DNA from: Nymphaea colorata
Lineage: Eukaryota
Length of the DNA: 64,000 bases
Reading direction: 5' to 3'
Assembly: GCF_008831285.2 (NCBI RefSeq)
Contig: NC_045138.2
Location: forward strand, 16,492,001-16,556,000
Position numbers and translations under genes: made by a program
Shown: piece by piece, positions 25,932 to 40,784 of the stretch
Layout of the letters: every line of letters starts with the position of its first letter
Numbering within the stretch: position 1 is the first letter of the stretch
Notes under the pieces: model-generated
What the model was told of the DNA's origin: nothing
Seen by the model: the letters and a program-made list of their open reading frames with translations, nothing else
The model's database searches: none

Positions 25932-27111
25932 GGATATCGGACCAAAGCGTTTTGAAGTTTAGTCATTGGTGTGATGTTTGGTTTACAATCTTCCATTTTA
26001 GCTTTCTCCAATATATGGCTTGGCAGAGAAAACCGAGATATTCATCAAATGCCTCCTATGAGTTCCTTTTGCTATTGGATGAAAGGGCGAAACTGCCTCA
26101 CTTTCTTCATGTTTTTGGGGTTCATAACTAATTTAGAACATAGCGGAAACATCTATCAATTAAAGTGTAACACATCTACGAATTGCAGTCCAAATGAATA
26201 CCATTCATGAAAATCAAAACTAACAATCGGACTTTCATCAACCCGCCAGCCCAATGAGCTCCTTTGTCGTGGGAAAGAGTTAAAGCTGAATGAAACTTTC
26301 TCGTGTCCGCCATGGACAAAAAGTCTGGGAATGAGAGATGTCGTCTTGCTGTTGGTTTTTCCTTTTGCACGTCTCAGGTAGAATGTTCCTCCCAAGGAGA
26401 CGAGCATCTCCCAGTCGGTAACTAATAATTTACTCTATTGTTGTAGTCATTTTTTTTATGAGCTCTAGTGATGAAAACAAGTTGAAATGTAAATGAAGAA
26501 GGTTTTGTGGATTCGTAAAAATGAACCAATAGGTTCAACTCCAAAAAGTTCTGTTCTTACCGATTTTAGGGTTTAATTTCTTTCAATTCCTTTGCTTTTT
26601 TTTAATTTGTTTTTGGCCACGTACAGTTTAATGGCAAAACCAGTTATTGACTTTAGATAATTAGCGAAAGTTGCGTATACTATGTTAAACATCTTTCCTC
26701 ACTCAAATGGAAAAGTTTTGGTACTAAATTATCCAATTTGGATCCGATGTCGATATGCTCGATCTGGATAAGCATATAGGATCCAGTAATCGAATGCTGA
26801 CCAACTTCATGTATAAATGTAAAATCGCTGCAAGATTTAAGATGTCATCAGCTGTTTCTAAGGTTGATTTAGACACGAAACTTAATCGAGAAATGTCATT
26901 GAAGCTGCCCATACCCATGTCGGGAGAACATATGTGAAGGCTATATCAAAAATTAGGTATGTGTGAGGGTGCGCACTACTACACATTAGACTCACAAGAG
27001 ACATCGACACAACTCAGGACCCTAAAGGCAGGAGGAATGAAGGGGCTTTCGAACCCTTATCCTCCATGGTAGACTTGACGGGGCTTATGTTCAAGCTCTA
27101 TCACCTTAAGC

Positions 27112-27475
27112 TAGGGGTGAACAACGAGTCGAACTACTCGAGCTCGACTCGTTAAAACTCCGCTCGTGAATGAGTTTGAGCTAAGTCATTTGCTTAACGA
27201 GTCGAGCTCGAGTTCATGAGTCGATTCATTCAAATAATCGAGTTGAGTTCGAGCTCAACACGTAACTGTTGAGTCGAGCTCGAGCCTTAATCAAGTTTGT
27301 CGAGCCTTAATCGAGTCGAGCTCGAGCTCAACATGTAACGATGAATATCAATTCTATTCAAACGAGTTTGTTGAACTTTAATCAAGTTGAGTTTGAGCTA
27401 TTCTCGAGGTTTCATTAGTCGAACCGAGTCCAAACTAACTGAATTCGACCTCGACTCAGCTCGTGTTTACCCCTA
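27112..27475. mobile_element. hAT-family non-autonomous element (MITE), 364 bp
   Basis: TIRs TAGGGGTGAACA / TGTTTACCCCTA, perfect 8-bp TSD CCTTAAGC (27104-27111, 27476-27483), internal GAGTCGAGCTCGAG repeats. Confidence 0.93.
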
Positions 27476-30400
27476 CCTTAAGCATGTTCTCCTTTGATGG
27501 ATTTCATAAGTTGGGGACTGGGGATGCAAGTATTCTGTATCTAGTTTGAAGATTTGGCCGATTTCTAGTGCATCGTCACTTGTTTGGATCCGGCCTCTAA
27601 CGCATCTTGTTGCAGCAAATCGTGTTTGCATCCTCGCTATCAACAAGGGAAGTCCTTGCCCATTTATGCAAGGACAGGCTTAGGGTTCTCTGCAAGTCGA
27701 GATTTGCCTGTGCAAACTGTGGCCATGCTATCCCGTAAAGTTACATACGGCCAGGTCTCTGTCTCCATTACAGGAACTCGGCCAAAAAAGAACACGAGGT
27801 TTTTGCACAATTTTCCAGCAGCAGTACTGTATATGAAGACAGATAACATGTGGATATGTTGGGAGTTTCCGTGTGAATTATACATATGCAAATGCAACAT
27901 ATCTGAATTATATATATGCAAATGCAAGGCAATTGAAATATGTTTATTGTTAGATGTTGTCAGATGACTAAAATTTTAAAATTTATTATTGAAAAACCGT
28001 TTTTCAAGGGTATTAATAATGGTTTATAGTATACTGACAGTTTATGATGGTTTTAACAGGTAATTTATGTTATATTCAACCACAAATATATCTATATATA
28101 TATATATATTTCACATTTTTATAGCGCTCATGTGGAGGTGATGAACTTGGCCTGGGCGCTGGTTTCGCAAGTTTCACCAAACTGGACTTGAGAACTAGTG
28201 CCATAGTTGAAATCGGAACTAGGGATAAGCTAGAACCGAATCTGAAGCCCATCCAACTCTGGTTAATTTAATTTAGTCGGATACAAACATGGGAGAAGAT
28301 CCAAAACCCAATAATAGAACTGGATCTGATTTTCAAACAAAGGATGATGGATCTGACTTAGCAGATTGAATTTTATGTGAGGAATACCAGCTGAGTTCGG
28401 AGCGTATGCTTCCCTCGAGCACAGATTTCAAAATCGGATCCGGGTCGAATCCAAATGGTGCTCGATTTCTTTCCCTTTCATATTTTTTGTTTGTTTGTAT
28501 GAAAGCAGCTAGCATGCAATGGCAACTGCATTATTATGTTCAAATTCACAAGATTGTCTCCTTGTTAGATATTTAAATTGGTCAATTTTTAGTTCTTTTG
28601 GAGACACTGAAATTGGGTGGTTGGACATTAGCCTTTCCTAGGTCTATTTCTCATCAAAGGGGTCCCTCAATCATGAGAGGACAAGACTATATAAGCTCTA
28701 GTTAGACAAAAATAGGTCACATATATTAAGTTAATTAATTTTTTTAAATAATCTATACAGACAAACGACTCTTATTATACTAAAAATCCTTGAGTTCTAG
28801 TAGCTAAATCCATATCTTTCATAGGGAATAACTTGAATCAAAACATGCTTTATACTAAATCAGCGTTTATAAATATATTAGGATGTTCATATTTTGTTTA
28901 GAGTTTTTTAGCAAAAAATTTAAAAGCTTGTTTGAGTGCCTCTTTTTTCCTTTCTTATTCAATCACTGACGTTAAATGACCAAAGTCATTTCTAATAGAT
29001 GTGACAACTTAAAAGTGTGGCACCTATCTGTTCTTCTCTTTCTCTCTCATATATATATATATATATAATGGTAGACAAATAAGAACAATCTTAGCCCTTG
29101 ATTTGTCTTTTACAAGAGATTAGACGACTAAAATACCTTCATCACTTTGTCTTTGTGCGTTTGATACGATCAAATCCATTGCTTCTTTGTTCTCCATCTT
29201 TTTCTTTTTGAACTCAAATTTCTGAAAGGTCATAATCCACCTCCCAAGAAATGAAAACAACAAAACACCGTACCTTTCGTTGATGCTAATTGATGGTGAA
29301 GGAAAGCCCTTCTTCTTACAGGCTCATGCTTCCCTCCAAATGAAAAATCGAGTGGCTTCCTAAGAAGAAGGAAAAAGACAAATAAGAGAAACTGCCTAGA
29401 AAGTTAGGCCCGTAAAATGAAAACATTCAAACTATAATTTTTAAGGGAGCTAGGATTTTTTTTTTTTGAGGGACATTTATGCAAAGTAATTAATTTTTAA
29501 AGCTTTCAAAAATTTAAATATAAATTAATAGTAAACTGAATGAGGGCATAATATATATATATAAATAAGCAAATGAATAATATAGGTGACCTTTGTTCTT
29601 AATTAGGCCATATGTTTATAGTTAGCAAACATATGGAATGTAAATTTAATTAAGAAAAGCATAAATAGGCATAAGCTTTTGACATTACGGAAAATGTGCC
29701 CAAAGTAACTTTTTGCATGCTTATATTATAATGACAAAGTCACAAAAATCCTTTGGTGAATCCAATTTCGGTTAATTCAAGTAATTACTAACCAAAGTTG
29801 GGATAACGAGTTTAAACCACCAAGGAACTTTCAGGGTAATTTATTCTCATGTTCATTATTAATATTTCTATCACTCTTTAACCATACGCACCATTGTTGA
29901 CATATACTTAGCAATTAGTTAGGTGGAGTTTTAACAGCACGTAAATTAGCTAATTAGGTTCACAATGTTAGCGAAAGTATAAATTTCAACTATTATCTTA
30001 TCCTTTGATGTACAAGGCAGTCGACTGTATTATGAAACATGTGATTGCTGTTATAATTCATAATTCAACGCACTATTTCTCAGGACCGTAAAATTTCCAA
30101 AACATGCTCTGTGAAACCTCAGGACGAGGGAGATGGTGAAAAAATAACCACTCTCTCCCTTGAAAAAAAAAAAAAACCCAAATCCAAATCAGAATTGGTC
30201 CGGACCAATATACGAGACACGATCTGATGTTGTTCATCAGGTCTTGGTAGGGATTAAAGATCGTGAGCGAACGAAAAAAAAAAAAAAAAAAACTCAAAAG
30301 ATGAAGAAGCACCATTTCAACAAATAAGAATTTCCTTTCTTCTCAAATCTGATAAGCTATAAAAATGGATTCGAATTCTTATAAGGCTCAGAATTAATTA

Positions 30401-30741
30401 GCAAAAAATTCAGACCGTATCTGTATCATAATTCAAGTGGAAAATCTGATCATGCAAAAAAGTCAGCTCTTGCTTTTTAACATGTCGAATTGAATATGAC
30501 GAAGGACGGCTCAAGGGGAGACGGAACTGCTCGTATATTTAATTTGCAACCTATGCTTGGCGGAGTAGAGTAGTGCACATCAGAGGCCATGATTTGATGT
30601 CATTTTGTCGCATTGGAAGGTGCCCAACTTCCGTCAGGTTTCACAAAGGTTCTCCTTATAATTTTGAAGCTCGTGATGTCCCTTCGATTTGATGGCATTC
30701 ACCCAAAGTCTTATTCGGATGAACATAAAAAAATGAGTAGG

Positions 30742-30743
<2 letters not shown>

Positions 30744-30813
<70 letters not shown>
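30744..30813. repeat. (TA)n microsatellite, ~70 bp
   Basis: Uninterrupted TA run. Confidence 0.97.
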
Positions 30814-30818
<5 letters not shown>

Positions 30819-31729
30819 AAAGAATTTTATTTTGACGCTATTAAAATTTTAAAATTATAGTTTAGCCGATGTGCCCCCAAATAGCAATAGTAATCCCATT
30901 AATACAGAGTTTGTGGAAAGAGGAGAATTGGGAAAAAGGTGTTCAGCTTTTTTTTTCTTTTTTTTTTTGAAAAAGATAGATAAGAATAAGAAGTTAATGA
31001 AAATAAAAGTGAATTAAGATATTTAAAAAATAGTTAAAAACCTGGGATGTGGCCCTCTTTAATTGAACCAGTTTGAGACTGATTTGGTTCAATTTGACCA
31101 ATACCGATAACATCGAGGAAAATATCGCTTCAGGTTTACTTTGACGGCCATCGAACCAACTGCTAACATCCAAATGGATGTAAATGATTGACATTTAAGT
31201 GACTAAGAAAAAAAACTCAAAATCATTTACCACAAAAATGCTGTGCCTTTTTAAATTTCATCTAATAAGAGGACGCCATAAGTAATACTTCCCCATTCAG
31301 CCACTTATCAGCCGATATTTAAATAGAAAAATAAATAAAGACATGGAGTCCAATTGTTTGCTAAAGGACTTTACAGGCTCTAGTCAAATATAATTATTGA
31401 ACAAGAAAATTATTGGGATATGGGTTTCTTGTTTGATGTGGAAACTTTATTTCAAGAGTTTTTAATGAATTTAAAAAAAAATTAGTTTTTTTGTTTACCT
31501 AAAACTTAATTTTTGAATTGAAACTACCCGACCCACATGCACACTGAGCTTGGACCCCTAGTTCGACAGATCTCAATTTGTTCCCTATCTGCTTCGATTC
31601 CAACCTCCAAAAGAGTATAAATAAGGACAACCACCACTTAACAAATCTTTTATAAGTCTTTGAAGATCTCTCGCAAGCTTAAGAAAGTTTTCAAAACGAC
31701 AGGTTACGATGAATAATCTAAGGGGGGCT

Positions 31730-31860
31730 AAGTTTTTTACTCCCTTTTACAAAACCAAGTTTTATCAAAACTAAATTTTCGGTAAACCTGATTTTCATAG
31801 CATTCAAGTCAAGGTTTGCCTCTAAAACCAGGTTTTTGGGAGTCTTCAAAACACTCTCTA
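31730..31860. mobile_element. Degenerate partial copy of the Tourist-like MITE seen at 21461-21999
   Basis: CTTTTACAAAACCAAGTTTTATCAAAACT...AAAACCAGGTTTT...AAACACTCTCTAA parallels 21621-21728. Confidence 0.55.
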
Positions 31861-34186
31861 ATTGACGAACTTGCACATAAAACAAAAACAAAAGCTTCAT
31901 ATACTGTTGCTTAGGAGGTTGGCTCAGTACTCTTAAGTTGAAAAGAGGTATATCTTGAGAATGATCTGGTAAGGACTACTAGGCTGACCTTACCTACTAC
32001 TAAGAGAGTCTTGTGAACTCTTGTAGGACAAAAAAATGCATCAAATAGTAAAAGATCATTTGGAAAAACTTTCTTGAAATGCATTTTTTCTCAGTTTTAT
32101 CTTGAAGATATATGGAGACGGTTTTCGTATTTAGAATTAAGTTTTTTAAACCTTGATATGAGCATGGCTTTGGCCGGTATAAGCATTTTTCGTCTTTAAA
32201 TGCATATTTAATGCAAAATAGGAAAAACCAAAATGGACTGTATCAATTATTTATTCGGAAAATAAACTTATTGATCAGTTAATTCAGAATTAACTATATC
32301 ATGCAATCTACGTGCTGAATTCGAAAATGCATGCGTTTTTGCTATTTCTAGTGCTAGACATAAATACTGACTTGATTGTAAGCATCTGTTCAAGGTTTAG
32401 AAATTTACTGTATACGAGAACGTTGGTTTTATTGAATTTATGAGCTCCAGTCTCGTGTTTCGTAGACTTAGTTTGTTTTTTCAAAAAAAAACTCTAGTTA
32501 GGGAAGAAAGCAAATCCCTGAGCTTCTTCACTTTTCCACTGTCAATGGTGTTTAGAACTGTACATCATTTTGTTAGAGAATCCAGTTGAAGATGTGCCAA
32601 CAGCAGGCCACTCAGGCTGATTAGTTATCAAGACCCAGTTCATAGCTTGAGGCAACTAGAAATTGCTACGGTAATTTTTGTTTTTCTGGAATTATAATTT
32701 CAGGATGTCAAACAGACCTTGAACGTGGAACAAGGAAGATTTTTTTCCTCTTCAAACTGTTCCAGAAAAAAGAAATTCTGAAATTCTTCTCCAAAACTTC
32801 TTCCGATTCATCAAACGAGTCCTGTGTAAAAGAAAACACTTTCCTCTAGGACTTTGTTCCTGCACTGGTTAGACTCGACAATGCTTTTTGAAAAACCCCA
32901 AGATCAAGCTGACAATGAAACAAGATCAAATTCAATCGATGACGATGAGTTTCTCTCCCTGTCGCCAAACGGAAAAAAGGAAATGAACTGCATTGGTCAT
33001 TCCAATTACTATAAACAGTAAACACCCATTACTCAGAAAGAGAAGAAATTTTACAAACAGATCGCAAAGAAGAAGCAGAGAATAGAAGATGCAGACGCCT
33101 AATAAAATGGCAATGAAGGATAAAAAAGAAACGGTAAAAAAAAAAAGGTGAATCAAATCCCTTCATGTATATATTTATTACTTTTGTTGTGGCGAACCGT
33201 GCGTACAGTTTTGGATCACAGAGCTTTCTCTCTCTCCCTCTCTCACTGTATATAAAAGAGCGCCACTAGGGGATTCTGTTCAACTCTGGTCGAAGTCTAT
33301 CCTGTAAAAAAAACATATTTAGACTACAAATCTAAGTGCAGGAGGGAGAAGAGAAAGAAAGAGAGAAGAGAAAAGAAAGAGAGAAAATCTAGTCTAAGAA
33401 AGAGAAGTTGCTTGATTGTTGCAAAAATCGACGTCTGGATTTCTGGAATTGCCACCGCTGTGGTCGTTGCCTTTCCGGAATACGCCGGCTATGGGCAGAT
33501 TGGAGAATGGTAGTTTTCTGCCCCCTTGCGAAACCTGTTTCTCGTCCTTTCCTTTTTCTTTTGTCCCTCTTGGATCCATCAGTATCAGTCTCTGTAGTGG
33601 TGTCCATCGACAATTTAAGGCTCCTTCTTCGCTCGGAAAGTAGGGTTTTCGCCCTCCATTTGCTAGGGTTTTGTGGTTCTCAGTTATGAATGCGTTTCGG
33701 TTTGTGGGTGGTGATCAGGTGACCTCAGGGTGTGCTTTAATTTGTGGGCTTCGTGATTTTGTCTCATAAATCGTATTTTTGGTTGTTTTGGTCCCTTTTT
33801 TATTCCTCTCTCTCTCCCTCTCTCTCTTTTCCTTTCTCTCGCACACTCTCCTTCTCTTTTGGGGGTCTTTGGGGTCCGATGATTTTCATTTCCTCACCTA
33901 ATTTCTACTCCTGAATCCCATAAATTTGCTTATGGATTAGCTTGTTGCAGATGCGAGTCGTTGGAATAAATATCTTTTGGTGATTTAGACTGATTTTTCA
34001 TGCCCTGTTGTCTAGGGCTGGCACAAGCGCGTGCTTCTGCATACCCTTGGGACTTCGGAGGCTGTTTCACGGGTCGTGGAGCTGATCAGATTTGATGGTC
34101 GGTCAGAATTTTTATGATTGGTCACTGGAGCTTGGACCGAAGCTAAAAACTGGGAACTGTTAGCTGTTTCTAGAGGCCGATCAGGG

Positions 34187-37100
34187 ATGTTGAACAAGAT
34201 CATTGGGAAGAGGGGGAGCCGTAAGCCTTCCAAATCTGATGCAAATGAGCCGTCAGTATTCGCGAATTCTTCATCCGGCCTTCGCAATTCCGCGTCGGTC
34301 TCCAATCCAACCAGTATTTCCACGTCTAACGCAACTGTAAATAGCAATGCGAATAGAAGCAACGCCACTGGCCAAACTGGTGCAGATAGAGTTCTGGCTA
34401 CCACGCCTTCGACTGCGGGAGCCATTGAGTTGCTACCACTTTTCAGGGAAGTTCCCGTCTCTGAGCGGCAGAATCTGTTCATCAGGAAGCTTCAAATTTG
34501 TTCTGTCATTTTCGACTTCTCGGACAGTCTGAAGTTTGTCAGAGAGAAAGAGACCAAAAGACAGACTTTGCTTGAGCTTGTTGATTTCATTCAATCGGGT
34601 TCGGGGAAGATCACTGAACATGTTCAGGAAGAACTGGTCAAGATGATTTCGGTTAATATCTTCCGCTGCTTGCCCCCTGCTTCTCATGAGAACACCGGGT
34701 CAGAAAATGCTGATCCAGAGGAAGAGGACCCTTTTCTTGAACCATCATGGCCGCACTTACAAATTGTTTATGAGCTTCTTTTGCGATATGTTGTTTCTTC
34801 AGATACAGACACTAAGATTGCTAAGAGGTACATTGACCATTCCTTTGTTCTGAAGCTGCTTGAATTGTTTGATTCAGAGGATCCACGGGAAAGAGACTTT
34901 TTGAAAACCATTCTCCACCGGATATATGGGAAATTCATGGTTCATCGCCCCTTCATAAGGAAGGCAATCAATAACATATTTTATAGATTTATATTCGAGA
35001 CAGAGAGGTATAGTGGTATTGCCGAGCTTTTGGAGATCCTGGGAAGCATTATAAACGGGTTTGCTTTGCCATTGAAGGAGGAGCATAAGTTGTTCCTTGT
35101 TCGGGCACTTATCCCACTCCACAAGCCTAAATCAGTATCAATGTATCATCAACAATTGTCTTATTGCATAACCCAATTTGTCGAGAAGGATTACAAACTT
35201 GCGGATACAGTGATAAGAGGACTGTTGAAGTACTGGCCTGTCATTAACTGTCAGAAGGAGGTCCTCTTTCTTGGCGAGTTGGAGGAAGTTCTTGAAGCAA
35301 CACAATCAGCAGAGTTCCAGCGCTGCATGGTTCCGCTCTTTAGGCAAATAGGCCGCTGTCTCAATAGTTCACATTTCCAGGTATCCATTACTAATATTTC
35401 TTTCATAGCTAGTACTTTCGTCCTTCTCTTATGTATCGTGCAGTATATTCTTATCTATGAAAAGGAAAAATATAAACAATGTCGCATAGTACCTCCGGAT
35501 GCCCCGCACGCCCACCTAGATGGTGGTGCTTATTGGTGCAGGTTTAGTTGGTCGCTCTGCCTCATGCAAGAACGTACTTAGTTAAGATGTACAACTTTAT
35601 ATTTACCTTTTTTTTCTTTAGAGTTAGAATTTTAGAGAGATTCAATTCTTATTTACATTTTTTCTGCTTGGTGAAATCCATCCTTCTTTGCTCACTTAGC
35701 AATTTTACTTCTTGCTTCAGTCTGTTCCAGTTCTGTTTCAAATTATTGGTCTTCTATATTTGTCATAGAGGGACATGCATTGCATACTTTTTTGGAAGAA
35801 AATCTCTTGTTGAAACTGAATGTTAATTGTCAAGCAATGAAGTGCATCCTGGGGCCATTTGTTTGTGAATTTGTTTTTTCTTATCTGTCAAGGAGACATG
35901 CTAAATCTTGGGATTAATGTGTACTTGTTGGTGGTACTCTGTTTCTGCTACGGGTGCTAATCAAACATGAAACGGTTTCTGATTTCATTGGTATCTCTTT
36001 GTCTAGGTTATCGTCTTGGTCAGTGTTGAAGTTGAGTTAAGCAGATCATTTATCAAAAACCCTCTTTTGATTGTAAATTTGCAAGCCTTGAAATATTCTG
36101 TGTTGTTGGTTGACTTAGCTGGTTCCTAACCAGGTGCCCTAATTCCTGAATTGGTTAGGGGCTGGTAGAGACAACTCGGCTGAGTCACCAGTTGACTTGC
36201 CAAGTTTGCCAACATTGGTATTCTGGCATGTCTTCAAATTACTGGTATCTTACCGTTACTGAACCATTAGGTGGAGTTGCATATTTGCATAGAGAAAAGT
36301 TTCATCGCGTGGTCGATAGCTCCTTACTAAATTGAGAAACAAATTAACTCTCACTAGCCTTTTCAAAATTTTTTTAATAATCAATCATGAATTAAATTTG
36401 AAAAGCTGGATCTCCTATGCTTTGGGTCCAAGCTTTGCTATCTTTTTGCCCTTGTATTTGAAGTTTTTTGTTTCCTTTGTTGTACTTGATCTTTCATCAA
36501 GCTTCCTAGTTCCTAAGTTGCCACATAATTAGCATAATCTTTTGGGGATTTTGATGTTTTTCTTGCTGCAACTCTATGGTTTGAATGGGTTCCCCATGAA
36601 TTATTGACATGTATAGACGATGCATTTCCTATTCATGGCCATTTGATTTTTGTTATTGTTGAAAGCTGTCTATTTACCATTTTTATTGCTGAGATTTATT
36701 TTACCCTTGGTACATGATTCTGTTTTTAGTTGGAAGCTGTCTATTTTCTATTTCCAGTACTGATATGTGTTTCTTGATGTTTGCTGATGGTCTCCTTTCC
36801 AAGCTTTGAAAACTAAAAATTCTCCCAGGATAGTCCTGATATTTTTCTGAGAGTTTCAAAAAAGTCCTCTTCTCATTTATTTCACGTTTCCAAAAGTATA
36901 TCTACTTATTTATAGTTTTTGCAAGAAAAGTAATAGAAAACCTATTCTCTTGACTTTTAGTGTTCTTTCTAAAAACTTCCACTGTGTTCCCAATTTTTTT
37001 CCTGAGAAAAAGTATATTTTTAGAGAAATTCGCAAGGAAATCTCACTGAGAAATTACTGAGAACCATATTGGTGACTATGATTTCATTATTGCTAAAAGT

Positions 37101-40100
37101 TAGTCATAGCAACAAATGGTATGTTGCTTAACTTCTTCGATCATTTAATTTCTATATCCACCTTATGTCATCTTAACTTTCCACTGTTTTGACTTAAGGA
37201 TGCATGACGTCATCAATTTCCTCTTCTAGTTGAGGTGGTCCTAGCAATTTTGGTGATCTGTTTTCCTCCTTATGTTTAAGGGTAATTGGAAAGTGATCTT
37301 CAAGGGTGGTCTTGTAAGATTTATAGCCTTTATTATAGCAGAGCAGCTGCAATTTTCTTGGGAGTAATGTCAGTGGTTACCATGGTCATCTTGTTTCCTG
37401 ATTCCTTTCAATCTGAACCAATTTGACATTTGCATGACTAATTAACTAAATGGTAAGTGTTTATGTGTGTCATCCAAATGGCTTATGCATATCATGTGGG
37501 AACTGAATTGAATTTTCTTTGCAGAAAAAAGCTGCTTTCTTACTCATGGTTGTTCTGTTTGGTTTTAAATTGGAAAAGAAAAAGGTTCAATGGAAGTTGG
37601 AACTTTATTTTGGCACATAAAATTGATTCCAGTATATGTTTGCTAGTCAATTCTAGTATCATAATCCTGTTAATGTGTACCAGTTAGCACATGAAAAGTA
37701 ATTGCTCTTCATTTGTTGGTACGAATAATTTCACTTTTCATACTGGTACTGCTCAGCCCCTGTCTAAACGTTCTTTTGCCATTGCCCTTTGGATTATGTG
37801 TCCACTGTGTTACTCAAGATGATGGTGAACCCAGTGTTAGTTGCATGGCCAGAGAAATCTCTCTGGCACAAAAAAAGTTACCACATGGAGTTTTAGTGAT
37901 GCCCTTGTAGTTCAATAACTTGCACAACTTGGAATTCTAAAGCTTCTCAATGTTGTTCTCGCTATTAATAATGCATGGCTAACCAAGGTTTCAAACTGGC
38001 CAAGTGTATGGCTGGGACAGATGAAAGAACAAAAAAAAGTTTTGGTACAAATGGATATACTATGAATTCGTGTTATTTGTATCGCACGATACAGGCCCCT
38101 ATCGTGTGATACGTATTGTACATGTTTGAAAAACCTATACAACACACCTACGATACACAACACGCTTGTGTATCGTAGGCGTATCGGCTGTATCATGCGA
38201 TATGGGGGGCCGTATCGTATGATACACCTGATACACCCATGTATCGTACGATACAGGATAAAATGATTTTTTGTGGTTTTTTACAAAAAAACCTCTCTTT
38301 CCCTCTTTCTAAACATGTCTAAAACTTGTGAGAGGGGAAGTTTTACTAGTTTTTCTATAAAAATCGCCCATTTATGTGATAAATTGTCGATTTAGAGGAA
38401 AACTCGCTTGTGGATGAGAAGTTTTACTCATGGCCCGTGGGGATGATGGGGACCTTGATTGATGATAATCATAATATATTATTTGTTGTAAACTTGTAAT
38501 GTATTATAAGACACTTCATTAAACTTTAAAGTTTTGATGGATGTTTATTTTGTTATTATGAATTTTTTATTTGTCATTTATAAACGTGTTGTTAATATAT
38601 TCTGGCTCATGAATGATGTGATGAGTTTTTTTTATATATATGGAACACGTTTTTTTTTCAATTTCTTTTTTGTTTTTCCTGATTTTACCGATTTTTTCTC
38701 TATTTTTTTCTAATTTTTTAAAATTTTTATGAATCAAAAATTAATTTACGCTACGTTGCGATATAGCGTATAGGTAGGCCCGATCGATACACGTTAGGAT
38801 AAGCCTTTTACAACATTGTTATGAATGTTAGGTGGTTGTGAGAGGTGAAACAACAAGTAAAAGCTTTGGTGAGAATGCATAAGTCATACACTATGAATGT
38901 TCGATTTATCTATAAGTGGATTATGTTCTCCAGGTACCTGCTGACATGACCTGATTGTTACCGGGTTTTGGCCACTGCAGTTCATGGTTTGGGCCAGAGA
39001 GAGTCTATTGAAATTTTGAAACTTGTGAAACCTATGTAAAGGTTTCGTTGCTGAGTTGGGCTTGGTCTGGCCCAATTTTGCCCATGCACACTTGTAAAGT
39101 TTTCACCCAAGCGGGGGCAGACCCAGATGGGTTACCAACTCGATATCTAAACCTGGACTGGTTTCAACTTTATCCCAAATTTCACAGAAATAACATGAGT
39201 TTTCTATAAAACACAGCCTATTAGCTGTTGAAGACTGTGTTGGAAAAACTGGTGCTGAACAGCTTTTAAATGAATTGGTCGAAAATTGATTCATTTCACC
39301 GTGCACTAGATGGGTGCCATATTCCATGCACTGTTCAATATTTTATTTTTTAAAATATTTTAAATGATTTACTTATTTTTCTATTATGTATATAAGTATT
39401 TCTACTTATATGTCTTTTGAAAAAAATTATATAATAATAATTTTTTGCCAATGCACAACCGGTTCAGCTGAACTACTGAATCAGCTGTTGCAATTTGCAT
39501 TGAATCGGCAACCCAGCTGATTTAACTCAGTTCTGATTTTTCGGAACACTGGTTGGTGGAACATTTTGGTGATTAGGCACTTAGTGATTAGACTATGCGT
39601 TGAGCTGGTGACAGCTATGCAAGTTACCGGATAAAAAGTTATGAAGCATCTTAATTGTATAGGCCTATAGGGTGTGGAGAACTCTTCTTCATGTCCTTTT
39701 AGGGTGTGACCTTTTGTTTCTCCCCCCTGTAAATTGCATGTACTGGGACCACTTATTTGAATTACTGGCATTACTAAATGTGCATTTAAGCATAAATTGT
39801 TTTATAGCTTTTAATACTTTAATTGGAAAATGTTTGCAGCAGTTTTTTTCTCTTTGAAATTGAATATCCCAAGACATTATCGTGCCCAGAAAATCTCAAG
39901 AATATGATCTGTTGCTGTTTTGGTAAATTTGAGGCTTTCGTCAGTTAGAAATTGCTGCGTGTGTGAGCATTTCCTACTTTCCGTGCTCTTATGTGCTCCC
40001 TGAATTGATGTGTTTAAAGCTGCTGTCATTTCCTTCCTATGTCGGCCATCCAGCGTTAATCCTTCTTGGGCAATTGGTGAAATATCTAAGTGGTCTAGGT

Positions 40101-40784
40101 ATGTTTGGTTGACAACTGCAGGAAATCACTTTGTAAGTGAACTGCTATCAGCTGTTCATCCTTCTATTTAGGCCAATTTGCTAAACCTTACATTTTTTCA
40201 TTGAATGTTATAACACATCAGCTTATATGAAAATTAAGTGCCAGCATGCAGCTGCTGTCTATTGTTGTCAGTTCGTATGGCAGGTTATCCAACTGTTATG
40301 TCCTTGAAATTCATATGATGAATGTAACATTTTGCCACAAGGCAGATGTACATGACGTACTAGTAAATCCCCTTATATGCATGAGCTGCGTGGTGTTTGT
40401 TAATCCTAGCTTTGTAGTTTGGTGTAAAGAGACGACGTGATACTGTGCATGCAGGTAGCTGAACGTGCCCTTTTCCTATGGAACAATGATCACATTGTCA
40501 GCTTGATAGCTCAAAACCGTAATGTGATTTTCCCAATTATCTTCGAAGCCCTGGAGAAGAACATACAATCTCATTGGAATCAGGCTGTTCATGGGTTGAC
40601 TCTGAACGTCCGGAAGATGTTTGCAGAGATGGACAATGACCTATTACTTGAATGCCAACGCCAGTATCTAGAGAAAGAGGCCAAGGCAAAGGCATTACAA
40701 GAGAAGCGTGAATTGATATGGGAAAGACTTGAAGCAGAGGTGGCAGCCAAAGCAGGAAGTGGGGAAATGGTGCTGGTAAGTTAA
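34187..40784 (+). CDS. Protein phosphatase 2A regulatory subunit B' (B56), alpha/beta-like; exons 34187-35380, 40455-40784 (507 aa)
   Basis: [84 protein letters not shown] joined over a 5.07-kb phase-0 intron. Confidence 0.96.
38068..38818. mobile_element. Degenerate non-autonomous hAT-like element in the PP2A intron, ~750 bp
   Basis: Near-identical 8-bp flanks CTATGAAT / TTATGAAT, right end TACAACATTG, clustered GTATCG/CGATAC subterminal motifs, AT-rich interior. Confidence 0.65.

Noticed and set aside
26156..26407. 83-aa minus-strand ORF next to the NUPT
   Set aside because: Not recognisable as an organellar or nuclear protein; origin needs BLAST.
27130..27460. Repeated GAGTCGAGCTCGAG units resembling a CRISPR-like array
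   Set aside because: Irregular spacing, inside an element with TIRs and an 8-bp TSD, in a plant genome: hAT subterminal repeats.
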